A DNA stretch of 62,617 nucleotides, filler included, from Asterionella formosa (GCA_002256025.1; 6 parts of 6 records of this genome joined end to end with filler, not necessarily neighbours in it), one strand, 5' to 3'; shown: positions 47,900 through 60,769, numbered from the whole stretch's first letter. Numbers and translations are program-made. The notes: generated by a model not told the origin, from the sequence alone.

Positions 47900-50524
47900 A
47901 TGTCAACTTCCGAAAAGTCCCCGTTGGTCGACTCTGGGGAATCACACTTGCATATTGATGGGTTTGACATGGCACGCCCTCGAAGTTCCTCTTGGAAGAC
48001 TTCCATTTGGAAGGACCGTCTCGTCACAAGCGCAGTTGTCGCTAGCGTGCTTGTCGTTGCGTCCACCTGCCTTGGAGCGAATAGCAAAACTGCAAACGAC
48101 GCCCCAGCAACACTCGTCAAGCCAGCGCCTTCGCGCTATTCGACTGATTCGGAAACAACTATTCCGACTTATCGGCCTGAGTGCAAACGTTACAGCACCA
48201 AACACAGAGTTGACATTATTCAAACCTCCCTGGGGGCTCCATCGCAACAGTACTCTCAAGTGGAATGCCTGCTTCCACAACGGCAGGGCATATTGGGCAA
48301 TGCAATAGTAGTGGATATCAATGCATATGGCGCCCCAGATGCGGTCTTGCGGGTTGACTTGTCGACACCTGCCTTTCCTGATCGAAACGTAACTATTCTC
48401 GGCTTTGGGGGAGCCTTCACCGAAGCATCCGCCTTGAATTATGAATCACTTTCTAAGGAAGGCAAAGAGACCGTGATGCAATTGTTATACGGAAAAGAGG
48501 GGCTAGGATACGCGTAAGTCAGTCGTATGTGTTATTGTATTTCTTGATTACAACACTCATGTGGGAATTCTTGCTAACTCCATTACGTGCCCCTTTGATG
48601 CTTCCTCCGTTGCAAACACAACACACTCACACATAGTCTCGGTCGTGTCCATATGAACTCTTGTGACTTTTCCATTCAATCGTACTCTTTCGACGACATG
48701 GATGGAGATTTTAAACTCGACAATTTTGATACACATGTGTCCCACGATGTCGACATGATAGCCATGATGTCGGAGGCAACCACCTTGTTACAGGAAGCTT
48801 GGGGTGATACATTGAACATATACGCGTCTCCCTGGTCACCACCGGCGTGGATGAAGGCGCCGACACCATGGGACAATGATGGAGCAGTGCATGCATCTGG
48901 CATGTCCAATAGTGCTCAACCAACTTGCTTGAGGGAGGGGGTGGGCAAGGGTTCGCGGTATGCCAAGTCGTGGGCCTTATACTTTTCCAAATTCTTGACC
49001 GCATATGCAGATCGAGGAGTGAAGCTGTTTGCTGTTACCATTCAAAATGAACCTGAATTTCCAGCGCCGTGGGAAGCATGTGCGTATACAGAATTCACAC
49101 AAAGTGATTTCCTCATGAATCACTTGGGACCCGAGCTACGCCTGTCTCATCCTGATGTTAAGATTTTTATTTTCGATCATAATAAGGACCATGCACCTCG
49201 GTGGATCAATCACTTATTGAACGAGAGTAATCCGGCGCGACAGTACGTGGATGGAACTGCCATTCATTGGTATGCAGGAGGTATGGATCGCTTATTGGAT
49301 GGCGCTCAGGGAAATGCAAACTTCCATCGAGTTTTAGACGACTTGGATGACTTGGGAGTCAAAAATGATCACATAGTTTTAGGATCAGAGTCTTGCCATT
49401 GTCCAACAACTGGCTATGCTGGAGGAGATATTGGCATTGCATGGGCCCGCGCGGAGCGATATGCACATACCATGCTTGCGGATCTAGCAGCGGGAAGCAA
49501 TGGGTGGGTGGAATGGAATATAATTCTTGACTCGATTGGGGGACCAAATCATTTGGGAAATTTGTGTGATGCCCCTCTTTTGGCAGTTCCTCATCGGGCC
49601 CTTGGTGCCGAGAATATACCTCCTACACAATGGTTTGAAAAGCACGGCAATCCATCCCGTTTCGGTCGGGTTGTAGGAGACGGTCGAACTCGAGAAGAGC
49701 TCAATGCATTGGGAAATCCAGCCAAGTTTTTGGATGCTGGCGTTGTAGTGCAGCCGCTCTATTACTACATGGGCCACATTTCTCGGCATGTTCGTCCTGG
49801 ATCTACTGCTGTCAAGGGTTTGGTCGAAAGTAGCAGTGTAGATCGAACCTTTCGTCGTGCTGGACAACTGGTAGCTGGCGGGGGCATCAATGACCTTGCT
49901 CGTACTGGTATCGAAGTGACCGTGTGGCCATGTGAAGGATCGACTCGTCAACAATTCAAATGGAACCAGGAAACCCAACTTCAAGTCTTTGGTCATGATT
50001 GGTTAGGTATTCCCACTAATTCGTGTGTTACCAAGGAGATTAATTTGGACTTTCAAGGGCTCATGTTGGGCGCATGCGACATCACTCTCGAGGAGGCGGG
50101 TGAATTTGCGCTGGAACCCTTCAATAGAAGTACTGGCACAGTTCGCATGCTTTTGAAAAATGGTAAACGTAGAATGTGCCTTGTGGTTGCCGAGCTCAAG
50201 AATCAGGGTGGCGCACTTGGCCTGAGAGGGGGGTCTCAAGTCGCTCTTGGTGGATGTAATTCATCTGCCGCAGAATGGAAGGTCGATGCTGGTACAGGTG
50301 AAATTTTGTCCTCATATCTGGGTGACGACGTTTGTATGACCACTGGCTGGCCTTTTTTGCAAATGGGAGCCTTTGATACTCCTGCTACTCCTGATGCAGA
50401 CAATGTTATTGTGATTTTGAATGAAGCAAATGAGGCTGCCAATTATTTACTCCGTGACATGGACGAAGTAATTTTGACTGGTTCCATTCCAGCTCATTCG
50501 ATTCAAACTGTGTCCTTGACATAG
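47900..50524 (+). CDS. GH30 glucosylceramidase-like protein; exons 47900-48513 and 48637-50524; ricin-B-like insert in the C-terminal part
   Basis: ILGFGGAFTEAS...GLGY and GRVHMNSCDFS join in frame across a 123-nt GTAAGT...CATAG intron (48514-48636). Motifs ASPWSPPAWMK, QNEP (acid/base), DHNK, AIHWY, GSE (nucleophile) and GGPNHLGN. Confidence 0.92.
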
Positions 50525-50600
50525 TCTACGCATCAAAATTTGATGGCTTTCCTAGATATGTTAATATTAAATTATGATTTCTAGCATTCGAATATCGGAT

Positions 50601-51698
50601 CTATAGTGCCGTTGTAACCTCGGGAATATCTGATGGCGTGACTGTTACTTCCACGTCCCTGACATAGGTCTTTAGCAGGGGTGGGCCCGAGTTCTGACCG
50701 GGAATGACTCCCTTGATACCCTTCTTTGTTGGCAAGGATGCCAGGCGCGCCACAAATGCCATACTCTCTGCATCCAACACTTGTCCAACAACCTTCCGAC
50801 GTTCTTTGTCCATGGAAGGAACTGCACTAGCAGTGATTTCAAAGGCACTTGCAAATGCTTCATCGTCGGCATTATTGTTGGCATATCCTAGACCTCCAGA
50901 TGGTATGGAGATCAAGCCAGCGGCTGTATGCTCCCGAGCGGTGGGTTCCATGTTCAGTTGCTCTTTGGGCCGTGATTGAGGTTGAAAGGCCTCGCCGGCT
51001 TTGCTGGCCCCAATGGATTTTGCGTAGGCTGCTGCTTGCGAGGGCACACCAAAGACAAGTCGTTGATTAGGAATAATACCAGTCAGGAATCCAAATCCCT
51101 TGTCTAATGTGACAGCAGCAGAAATGACTCCATATCCATCTTCGAGCATTAGCGTCGACCCAGTGACAAGCCCAGTTGGTGACAAAAAAGCCACTAGCTC
51201 CGCCACACTCTTGGGACATTGCTCTCCATACAATCCGAATCGAATAGTTCCACTTTCTTCCCTTCCAATTTTGATATTCAAAACCACTTGATGAGTGATC
51301 ACTCCAAGCTTGTCTGGCACAGGCTGTCCCGCCAACGGTGCATCTCGAAGCTTTCCATCTGGCCCACATTGTGGATCCAAAGCGTCGCATCGGTCCTTGC
51401 CGCCCCATTGCCAGCCAATGGCTCCATCCCACTCTCCTGTTTCCAGACAATTACCTGCTTCTCTACATGCCACTTCAGCACTTCCGACCGCTCGCTCTGC
51501 GGCATTTGCGGGGCGAACGACGACCGCTCCAACAAGTATCGAGTTGGTAAGAATCTGTCGTCGACGCAAGGAATCACAACTATTGGTCATAAATCGAGCA
51601 TTGTGGCATTTGTGCTGACCCCCTAATGATCTGCTCGTCAAGGCGGATGCGCTATTACTGACGAGCAACAGAGTGAATAGGAGACAGTTTAGGTTCAT
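50601..51698 (-). CDS. Plastid thylakoid-lumen cyclophilin-like protein
   Basis: Signal peptide ending ASA-L, a transit region, then RRRQIL...PANA (twin-Arg and AxA). Cyclophilin-fold motifs GTIRFGLYGEQCPKSV, FEIT and VVGQVLD. Confidence 0.8.
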   Translation of the reverse strand: MNLNCLLFTLLLVSNSASALTSRSLGGQHKCHNARFMTNSCDSLRRRQILTNSILVGAVVVRPANAAERAVGSAEVACREAGNCLETGEWDGAIGWQWGGKDRCDALDPQCGPDGKLRDAPLAGQPVPDKLGVITHQVVLNIKIGREESGTIRFGLYGEQCPKSVAELVAFLSPTGLVTGSTLMLEDGYGVISAAVTLDKGFGFLTGIIPNQRLVFGVPSQAAAYAKSIGASKAGEAFQPQSRPKEQLNMEPTAREHTAAGLISIPSGGLGYANNNADDEAFASAFEITASAVPSMDKERRKVVGQVLDAESMAFVARLASLPTKKGIKGVIPGQNSGPPLLKTYVRDVEVTVTPSDIPEVTTAL

Positions 51699-51899
51699 TT
51701 TTTCTACATCATGGTCGGTGTTGGAGAAAATATTTTAGGAAAGAAAATCCCGGTATAAATTACCTACTACATATTGAATCGAATGAATCAAGAAAGAATA
51801 TGGTACCAGAGAATTCGAAAACAATCTACGCCAACAGTAAAAACCCATAATTCTATTAAAACTCTTAGGAACGATTACAATCGATCACGGAGACATCGT

Positions 51900-52188
51900 T
51901 GTTATATCTACAGCCTATTTGGTCCCTGACGTGTCCTTACAGGATACAAGAAAGCATAGAGTGCTTCGGGACGCAATTTCAACAGTTTTAATAGAATTAG
52001 CCGGCCAGGAAGAGCCGTGATATCACAATCAACAACAGGTTGGACCGTTGAGAGTCCGGAAACAAGATCTGAGGGTACCAGACCATCCAGAGTCTGAAGA
52101 AGTCGCACAAGGCGCAACATGAGTGGCAAAGGGAAGTTTACCAAGAAGGCTCAAGCCAAGGGCAAGTTTCAAGCCAAGGGAGGGAGCA
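51900..52188 (+). mobile_element. Possible 5' end of a Copia-type retrotransposon (short LTR TGTT...CAACA, leader, start of a basic gag-like ORF at 52119)
   Basis: TGTT at 51900 and CAACA at ~52030-52037 followed by GGTT. ORF MSGKGKFTKKAQAKGKFQAKGGS is open to the contig end. There is no second LTR to confirm it. Confidence 0.3.
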
Positions 52189-52288
52189 NNNNNNNNNNNN
52201 NNNNNNNNNNNNNNNNNNNNNNNNNNNNNNNNTTAATTAATTAANNNNNNNNNNNNNNNNNNNNNNNNNNNNNNNNNNNNNNNNNNNN
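52189..52288. other. Artificial contig linker
   Basis: N44-TTAATTAATTAA-N44. Confidence 0.97.
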
Positions 52289-52300
52289 TATATAGGGTTA

Positions 52301-54069
52301 GCCGATTTTAGCATGACAACCAGAATAAGGGTAATATGCATAGAGATGGTACAACAAGAGTAAAACACACAAGAATGATTGTAACATGCAACATCAATGA
52401 AAATTGAACATGATGTTTGGAGCAACCAAAGTATGAAATGCGATGTAACAAGTAGCGTTAAATGAGAAATAGAAAAAATTGTTTTGGGTTAGAAATGAAG
52501 TCAAAAATAGGAGTTTCAATGGAAACGTAGCATGCATTGTGACATTGTAGTACTTACACAGGCAACATTGACTTTCCATCACCACACAATCGAAGACCGA
52601 AATAAGAAGAAAAAAACCTGAACCCAATTTAGACCTGCATCGTTATGTACTAGCATAGATGATCTGGTTGCTGCAACCATGCATCGCTGTAGTAGCCAGA
52701 CCCAAGTTGCTTGCAGTCCTTCCACCACCCACAGTCATTCCTCCCACCAAACAACCCTGACCATCATTCCATTCCAATCCATTCTAATTGATTATGATCG
52801 CTAGGCTGCTCCAGCACTATCGACTCCCTCTAGCTGAATATACGTAGCTTGTGATACGAACTCATAGTAGAAATGTAGCAAAACGCGTTAGTTCAAGAAA
52901 AGCATTGCTTGGCGGCAATTTTAACATCATTGTCAACGACTGTACAAATCAACAAATACGATTAAGAACGGCACAATACCAAATCTTCAAAAGAGTAGCC
53001 ATTGATAAATACATTGGTTCTTATGTAGATAGATACAATTGAATCAAACGACAGTGTGGAACGACAAACAACGACGGAATTGATCAAAACAGACCATGGA
53101 AGCAATCAAATCGGAAAGTCGATAAATAGGATCTACAATCCACATTCAGTGTTTTACTGTTTTACTCACCGATCCGCTTCAACCAGCATAACAAGCAGCA
53201 GACGATGGGATCAAAGAAAGAAGAACGTTGCCTATTGCAAGCCCGAATACAGCAACGACAGGAAGGATAGAGTGAGAAGGATAGTAATTGTGAGCACGAA
53301 ATCAGGCATACGTTCATAAAATCAATAAATATGTCAACGATATAATTTAACATTCTGATCTCGTAAAAATAATACCAAGTCTACAGTATTGATATCATCA
53401 TTCGTCCGACGAAAATATGGGCGATTCAACAATATGAATCCCTCGAGAAGACGACAAGCAATCCATCAACCAACCGCATCCGTTAGACAACGAATCACTA
53501 CTGTCGTCATCACTGAACTAATTTCGCTTCAAACCGGTCATGATGGACGACGATCGGCAGGGTGAAAGGTGAATTGCCGGAGTCCACTTTTCAGGAGACA
53601 AGCAAACAAAAACGAGGTGAATTCTAGATATAAATTATGAAAATCTTTAGAGTATATAGAATGGTTTCCTTAAGTAGACCCCATGCCGATTTCGGCAATC
53701 CCAGGGCTGAAAAACCGAGGGGCAATTGGCGTCTGTTGTCTTGCCAATATGCTATCATATGAAATATACAAAATATTTTTTAATTATGGGCAATATCGGA
53801 CCTTTGGCAATTTTCGAGGTGAAGATAGGAAATATACTTTATTTGATGGGCAATAGTGGGCTAAAACTGAAATTTATGCTTTTTTTTTGGGCAGTAGGTA
53901 AGCGAATGACGCGACAATAGCTAGAGCGGGAATTGCCTCAATAATAACCTTCTCAGCGGCCGGCTACTTGGAGCGCCACTCGTATGGTCAACTACTCGCG
54001 CCACCCCCTGCCTCAAACGCATGTATACTCGCAGGCAAGAGACCACCTCGGGCGTGTATTGCCTTCAGC
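52301..54069 (+). repeat. Repeat family A, copy A4 (left end cut by the contig edge; internal deletion near 53385; most of the left hairpin arm deleted)
   Basis: Colinear with 5657-7627, including GGGCAGTAGGTAAGCGAATGACGCGACAATAGCTAGAGCGGGAATTGCC. Confidence 0.9.
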
Positions 54070-54399
54070 ATCCACTGCTGCAAGGGGAGATAAAAATGCT
54101 GGCATGATTGATGATACTATATTCTGATTGTGTGACTGAACTTCTTGGTTCTAGGCAGCTACTCTCGAATAGTCTCTCTTAGCCAGCACTGTCCGGCCCT
54201 CATTACTGTCGTCACTGGTAACTACTAGCTTGTTGCTCCTTGCTTCGTCTTTGCAGTCTCACCATCCTCAGTTCAAGCTTAGGAAAATGAATTATGCTTT
54301 GATGATTTCTCAGAGCTCATTTTACAACTTTCTTAACTAAAAGCAGACAGCGCATATATATATATTTGGAGTAATCATGACATTGAGAAATGGTGCAGC

Positions 54400-55763
54400 A
54401 ATCACACATTGAATGTTAGAGTGCCATGAAACTACACAAGATGGAAAACTAGCATGGCAAAAATGCGTCAACACATATATGCTGGGAGAGACAAGGGAAT
54501 TGCAAATGGTAGTACATGAACAAGTTATCCAAGCAAAGTACTATTACCCTGGATACAATAATGGCATCATTGGTATTTTCGACGACTTAACCATGGTGCA
54601 TTTAATGGAGTGGATTACAACACATTTATACTGATACAGAAATGACCAAAAGATTGCTAAACAACCTCTGGACACCTGAGCTTGCTTATTACTATCATTG
54701 ATACATGTATGACCAAAGGGTTCAGTTTCGCCAAAACCTGCAATCACATATAAGACTATGGCATAAGAGTTGCTGTATTTGAGGCCACCAATAGTGTGTC
54801 ACTGGCTCAAACTGTATCATCTGACTGACACACACCAGATACAAGTGTGTGACATGACCATATTACAATTGTTCAACATGATGTTACAAAGACACCAAAG
54901 CCAAAATCCCAATCAATATCCAGATGGGCTTATGTTTCATCAATCATACGCTTTGATCCCACAAATGAACCCAGCACCGCTCACGCCTTTTCTCGTGATC
55001 CCTGTCCAGCTGTCATACGGTTTTCCAACACTCCGCCCACATGTGTCGAACCCACCATTTCACGCACTCGCAAACATGCAACTGGCGTTACTATACCGGA
55101 TTCAATGGAAGCATAACCAATTGAGAGGCCAGTAAACAAGGTACAGGAGGCATGAGAGTAACACAGCTCAGGAGCAGAATATGACGAGACAGGCAGAGAG
55201 GTGCATGCAAAACAGGAGGTAGTAGGAGAGGAACATGCGATTGGGGAGGTACATGCAGAACTGGAGATATGGGAGGAACATGATGAGCCAAGTGATGAAT
55301 TGAAGGCAATGTGAATGAGGGGAAAGGGCGACAACAAGTCAGATGAGCTAATAGTAGGAAGAGACATGATGTTGAGACAAAAACCAACAAGCAAAATAAG
55401 AAAATCAAAAAGGAAGCATATACCAAATCCTCACTATGTTATGATGGAAGTAAACAGTCCAGATGCCGACAAGGAAGAAATGAACAATATGAACAATTTT
55501 TGCAATTAAGAAGGTGACACCCTAAAACACCTAGCAATGTGGGAAATAAACAATGAAAGACACCAGGAAAACATTTAACTGACAGCCAAAACATCAAACA
55601 TTCATAGGACTACCATGACCAACACATTGACTAATTGGCGGTACAAGAGTATGATGACTACATCTGGACCCCCTTTAAAAGTACTCAACCACAGGTCCAA
55701 AAAGCATTATCCTACAGGTAACTCAGTAGTGATACATATCCAATGGCTGAATGAAGACACTAG
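54400..55763 (+). pseudogene. Strongly decayed retrotransposon-like coding relic
   Basis: CpG-poor broken ORFs; the terminal KVLNHR...IHIQW resembles a chromo-like segment of diatom Copia pol. Weak evidence. Confidence 0.25.
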
Positions 55764-56203
55764 NNNNNNNNNNNNNNNNNNNNNNNNNNNNNNNNNNNNN
55801 NNNNNNNNNNNNNNNNNNNNNNNNNNNNNNNNNNNNNNNNNNNNNNNNNNNNNNNNNNNNNNNNNNNNNNNNNNNNNNNNNNNNNNNNNNNNNNNNNNNN
55901 NNNNNNNNNNNNNNNNNNNNNNNNNNNNNNNNNNNNNNNNNNNNNNNNNNNNNNNNNNNNNNNNNNNNNNNNNNNNNNNNNNNNNNNNNNNNNNNNNNNN
56001 NNNNNNNNNNNNNNNNNNNNNNNNNNNNNNNNNNNNNNNNNNNNNNNNNNNNNNNNNNNNNNNNNNNNNNNNNNNNNNNNNNNNNNNNNNNNNNNNNNNN
56101 NNNNNNNNNNNNNNNNNNNNNNNNNNNNNNNNNNNNNNNNNNNNNNNNNNNNNNNNNNNNNNNNNNNNNNNNNNNNNNNNNNNNNNNNNNNNNNNNNNNN
56201 NNN
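55764..56203. other. Within-scaffold gap (440 N, no linker)
   Basis: Run of N. Confidence 0.97.
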
Positions 56204-56334
56204 GGTACGGTGCTGCTCAGCATATCAGGACACTTTTGCAGCCTCTTTCAACAGTACCTGACCGGTATTACAAAACCGGCGTCGTCTCAGGTCCTGGCTC
56301 ATCATACTTATTACACACTTACTTTACGCTTTCC

Positions 56335-58281
56335 ATGATGGCTGCACCTCTTGGTATTTCGCCGCCTCTGTTCTTTTTTCTGGTTCTCCTCGTGTGTGTT
56401 GCGGTTCATGAAGTATTCTTTGATTTGAAATTTGGTGATGACAGTCATCACCAGTATGATGAATATTCAAATGAAGTACCAGTACACGAAAAACTGCAAG
56501 CATCTAATGGTCTAGTACTACTCGACCCAACAGCAGCAACCATAAGGGAACAGCAACACAAGCAAAGTGATGAACTACTACCTACTAGGCCAAATTGGAA
56601 AGCTTCCATGGATTGTTCTATCTTCATTTTAGATTGCCCGATGCGAAGGCATTATGCGCCTTATCCCTTCGATTTTTGGAACAATAATACGTTTCCGGAA
56701 GCGGACTCGCAAGAACTAGAAAAGATACTTCAAACTACAGCATCACCTAATAAGATTTCAGAAAAATTGCAGAATGAATTGAAACAACCAGTTGACAAGA
56801 AAGAAGAAGAAAAATGTCTGAAATATACAAGAGATACCCCTTTCGACCAACAACTTGACGAAATGCTCAAGAAACTTTCTCGAGCAGCCAATAATCGACA
56901 TGTAGCATATACCATGTCAGATGTTGGATATGCCAAGGACATGATTCATGATGTATTTGCCATGGCCCACAATGTTGTGGGTTTTCCACATAGTTTTTTC
57001 ATGGTGGCGATTGACCAGGCAACATTAGAATTAGGATGTCGGTATGGCTACCCAATCATGCCATCTCCCAGTTCCGGAGGCCTAGAAGACCGAGTGAAAT
57101 TTACCAAATTTCAAGTATCATTGAGTTTGCTGCAACGTGGGCAGGACTTCTTATTTTTCGAAATGGACATTTGGTTTTTCAGATCCATCATACCCTTGCT
57201 TCAGAATCAATTTGGAGACATACTTGTTAGTTCGCATCAAAATTATCCCTTGTCGTCAAACATTGGTGTGTATGCTGTTAATGCCAATGATGCTACTCGT
57301 GAATACTTTCAGCATTGTCTGGAGGTTTCTGCCAAGGTGGAAATACACGACCAAAAATTAATGCAATACCTTGCAACTGTCAGTCGACATCAAGAAGAAG
57401 GAAAAGATCCCCTAGATGATCATCCGAATGTGACCTTTGAGCACTATGTTCATGTGGAACTGTTGAGTCCCCATGAAATCGCATGTTCGGAATGGCCGAG
57501 AGCTACATTGGAAACTATTGCAATCCACCCACTTGCATCCCGACCCTTGATGGGCCCCCACGGCAAGATGCAAATTGCCAAGGAATTTGGTGCATTCTAT
57601 GGATCTAATGGTTATTATTCGTCAGAAGGAAAATATCTATGGTTGGATCGATTTGAGAATTCCTACTCAATTGTTACGAACTTCCAACATCAAGGGTTGG
57701 GCCTATGGCATGATGGGCGGGCCATGAAATGGACTATAGCAATGATGATAACCCTGGCTAAGCATACTAATCGTATCTTGGTTCTTCCCAGAATCCTAGC
57801 TGACCTTGGTAGACACTATCTATGGGAAATTCTGGACTTACAGGTATTGGAGAACTTGGGAGTGGAGGTCCGGGAGACAAGCTTTTTAAACAATCCAAAG
57901 TTATTGGAATTTCCAACTGTAAGCCGCACTGCTGTTGGAGCAGGAAGGATATTCTGGCAGGAAGATGACCAAGTACCCAAGTTTTGGCAAATTGAAGAAA
58001 AGCATGAAATGGATACCTTTTTCTCTTTACTGGATAGAATTGAATCGAATGCATTGTTAGTGAATCCGCAAACTATACACTCAGTTTGGCCAGACCGGTT
58101 CCCAACTCTGCAGCTGTCGTCAGTAGAAAAAGCAATTTATGATGTTTATAGTCAACTCAAATGGTGCAAACTTGATTGCAGTGTCAATAATTGCCACATT
58201 GACTGGACAACAGAGTTTTGGGATAAACATCGCCTCAGTGCCACAAGAGCGGAGTGGGATTGCTATGGAAAGGGATCGTAA
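56335..58281 (+). CDS. Type II membrane glycosyltransferase, nucleotide-diphospho-sugar transferase (GT77-like)
   Basis: Probable start MMAAPLG followed by a transmembrane helix. Motifs FFMVAID, K..VSLSLLQRGQDFLFFEMDIWFFR (DxD variant), NIGVYAV and HDQKLM. The ORF track's start at 55615 is a read-through of Ns. Confidence 0.78.
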   Translation: MMAAPLGISPPLFFFLVLLVCVAVHEVFFDLKFGDDSHHQYDEYSNEVPVHEKLQASNGLVLLDPTAATIREQQHKQSDELLPTRPNWKASMDCSIFILDCPMRRHYAPYPFDFWNNNTFPEADSQELEKILQTTASPNKISEKLQNELKQPVDKKEEEKCLKYTRDTPFDQQLDEMLKKLSRAANNRHVAYTMSDVGYAKDMIHDVFAMAHNVVGFPHSFFMVAIDQATLELGCRYGYPIMPSPSSGGLEDRVKFTKFQVSLSLLQRGQDFLFFEMDIWFFRSIIPLLQNQFGDILVSSHQNYPLSSNIGVYAVNANDATREYFQHCLEVSAKVEIHDQKLMQYLATVSRHQEEGKDPLDDHPNVTFEHYVHVELLSPHEIACSEWPRATLETIAIHPLASRPLMGPHGKMQIAKEFGAFYGSNGYYSSEGKYLWLDRFENSYSIVTNFQHQGLGLWHDGRAMKWTIAMMITLAKHTNRILVLPRILADLGRHYLWEILDLQVLENLGVEVRETSFLNNPKLLEFPTVSRTAVGAGRIFWQEDDQVPKFWQIEEKHEMDTFFSLLDRIESNALLVNPQTIHSVWPDRFPTLQLSSVEKAIYDVYSQLKWCKLDCSVNNCHIDWTTEFWDKHRLSATRAEWDCYGKGS

Positions 58282-59980
58282 GAGCTTATCGGTTTCAACA
58301 ATGACTTTGGGCCTGCTATTATATATATTTTTGGAGGCTTTGATGGGCACACCTTTCCCAATCAAGTGCCTGCCCATGAGTGGTCATAGTGGTCATTGGG
58401 TGCAGTTTTGTTCATTTCAATTATGCCCTTGCGAGCACACATCTGCTTTTTGGTAGTTCGCACCATATGTTGAGCCATATTTTCCCATCGACAAGCTATG
58501 CAAGAATAATTTTCTCAGTAATTGACATGTTTTCAAACCCCCTTTTGATGGCCAAGGCTGATTATTAGCCTTGATCAAGGGTCCCGCCCTGGTGAAAAAA
58601 TGTTATCATGAACAGTCTCATAATGTTCAAGTTTTTGTATTATGTATTCCGTTTGTACCGAAGCTTCAGAATTGCAGGGGTTTATGCCCATACAAGTAAA
58701 ATGGCTACCTCCATATGATCAAGGACTGCCTGGAATAACAAATCTTTCACTCAAAATGTATCAGTTCATATTACTCCTGGAAGACATGATGGGAGATTCC
58801 ATGCTATGCTTGACAGCTGTTGTAGGCAAACATACATGAGTGAGATGCAAACAGAAACAGCAATTGAAGCAACATACAACACTTTATTTTTTGGTTACAA
58901 GTAAATGCGTCCTTATGGCATCCCCTATACAACCCCATTCTTCAAATGCACACCAGATAATTTACAAAAAACTGGATAACACTATAGTTTGCCATTGGTA
59001 GCATTGTGCCTTCATCTTGACACTGTAATGTTATCTTCCTAGCTCAGTGCTCTGGACTACTTTGATCCAATCCTTGCTTGCTCATGTATTGCGAGGGAGT
59101 CTGCAATTGGTTTTTTGTAGCAATGTCAACAATAACATAGTAAAGCAACTCCTCCTCTTTGGCCAGCAAGGTGGACATAGGGCAGGAATGTAAAATAGCC
59201 TCCTTCAGGGTTTATAGCTGGATTGTTAGAATCACTTGGCTTGGTGCTACTTTCAATCGCTGTGGAAGCCAAATTCAAGACCTGTTGCCTGAGTTCCCAC
59301 AATTGGATACCAAGACTATGCATAGTTTTGTAGCTATATAATATCCAGAGTTTCAATCCAAAGCATCATCCAATCTATCAAGTGCACTAGTTCTGGAAAT
59401 TCTAGAAGTGACTGACCAAGTTGGCTGCATACGTCAGCAGATGTTAACATTCTGTGCAAACAGTATGATATTTTCAATCCTTGTTTTCTCCCTTTGAGAC
59501 TAGCAAACATCGACGAGTCTGTGGATGTCAACAGGTTGAAGGTTGAACCAAACTTGTGTTTGATCATTTATCATTGATAGATATTTCTGCCGACTATTTG
59601 TGCGTATTTACAGCGCGCTGGCCCTGCTTGCATGTGCAACCATCTCACATGGTGGCGTTTACGCCCGTCGGTATTTGGTATCTTATTACCGGTAGTTGCT
59701 TCTATACATATACCGGTATGTTAATCAATGATACATTAGATTTAGCTATATAATGCTCAACTGATTAAGATCGAACCGTTGCCGCCTGCCGACCGCAGCC
59801 TCACATTTGCGAATTTTAAGCGAGGACTACCAGTAAACAAACGTACATAGGCACATTCTGATCCCGACTAGCGAGCAGAACGACAGGAAACAAGGGTATT
59901 TTCATAGCGTTGATATAGCATCCAGCGATTATTCATTTCGCATTCACACGGCAGGAAACACAGTTCCTAATCAATTAGAA

Positions 59981-60769
59981 ATGGGATTTCTGGGAAAGAT
60001 TCGTCAATCACCGCTGTTTCACTTGAAGCGCAAACGTTTTGTCTGTGGAATTGCCGTTAAAGAAACCTTTGATCAGACCGAAGCAGAAGACATTTCTTCT
60101 GCCTCCAGTGTAGACGCTTCATTTGATATCCTCTTTGCTGAACGCAATGCGAAGGGGCTGCTACCCCTGCGCCAAGACGATGAAGAAGAATCGACAATGA
60201 TGGACAGTGACGATATCTCCCTTCTTTGCCGGCGTCAGTCTTCAGCTAGTCAGAAATCACGATTCTCATTTGATGGCAAGATTCATGACCATAAAGTTGA
60301 AGAGGATATCACTGCAGAGTATGAACCTCCCATAATGTCGCCATGGCATCAGGGTGAAAATGACGAAGGAGAAGGGAAGGGGTCGCCAAATTTGGAAGTA
60401 AGAAAATGTGTTCCCTTGACGGTTGTAGGCGATGAGACGGTGAACGATAGCGGCAGCTGCATCAACGAACGAAACACTGGCTTCTCAAATCATCAAGCTC
60501 GGAACTCTTCTGGAAATCTAGGTCATATCTTTATAGACGAGCTTCCAACCTTGTACGAAGATGAAGTTGGACGCAAAGAACTGGCTCGACGAGACGATGA
60601 AAGCACTATTCGTGCGCGTTGGGATTCTGTTCTAGAATGCATGTCGAGCATGGGACAGTGCGCCGAAGATACTTCTTACCTAAGTGTACTATCGTCATCT
60701 TTCGCCAAACCAAATCTATCACCATCTATGCGATTTAAAATGGCGGCATTGGAGGTTGCCGAGATTTGA
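59981..60769 (+). CDS. Hypothetical acidic, Ser-rich protein
   Basis: Uninterrupted 262-aa ATG ORF with gene-like composition; no recognised domain. Confidence 0.6.
   Translation: MGFLGKIRQSPLFHLKRKRFVCGIAVKETFDQTEAEDISSASSVDASFDILFAERNAKGLLPLRQDDEEESTMMDSDDISLLCRRQSSASQKSRFSFDGKIHDHKVEEDITAEYEPPIMSPWHQGENDEGEGKGSPNLEVRKCVPLTVVGDETVNDSGSCINERNTGFSNHQARNSSGNLGHIFIDELPTLYEDEVGRKELARRDDESTIRARWDSVLECMSSMGQCAEDTSYLSVLSSSFAKPNLSPSMRFKMAALEVAEI

Noticed and set aside
50672..51626. Many short overlapping ORFs within the cyclophilin gene (also within TRM2A, GH30, ARM and the cyclin)
   Set aside because: These are alternative-frame and antisense shadows of real CDSs.
52119..52188. Histone H2A (MSGKGK start)
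   Set aside because: The following residues (FTKKAQAKGKFQAKGGS) do not match an H2A tail that I recognise.
10369..52288. Periodic TTAATTAATTAA every ~10.4 kb as a biological repeat
   Set aside because: It is always centred in exactly 88 Ns, so it is an assembly linker.
55615..56334. N-terminal part of the 888-aa ORF
   Set aside because: It reads through a 440-N gap; the real gene most likely starts at 56335.
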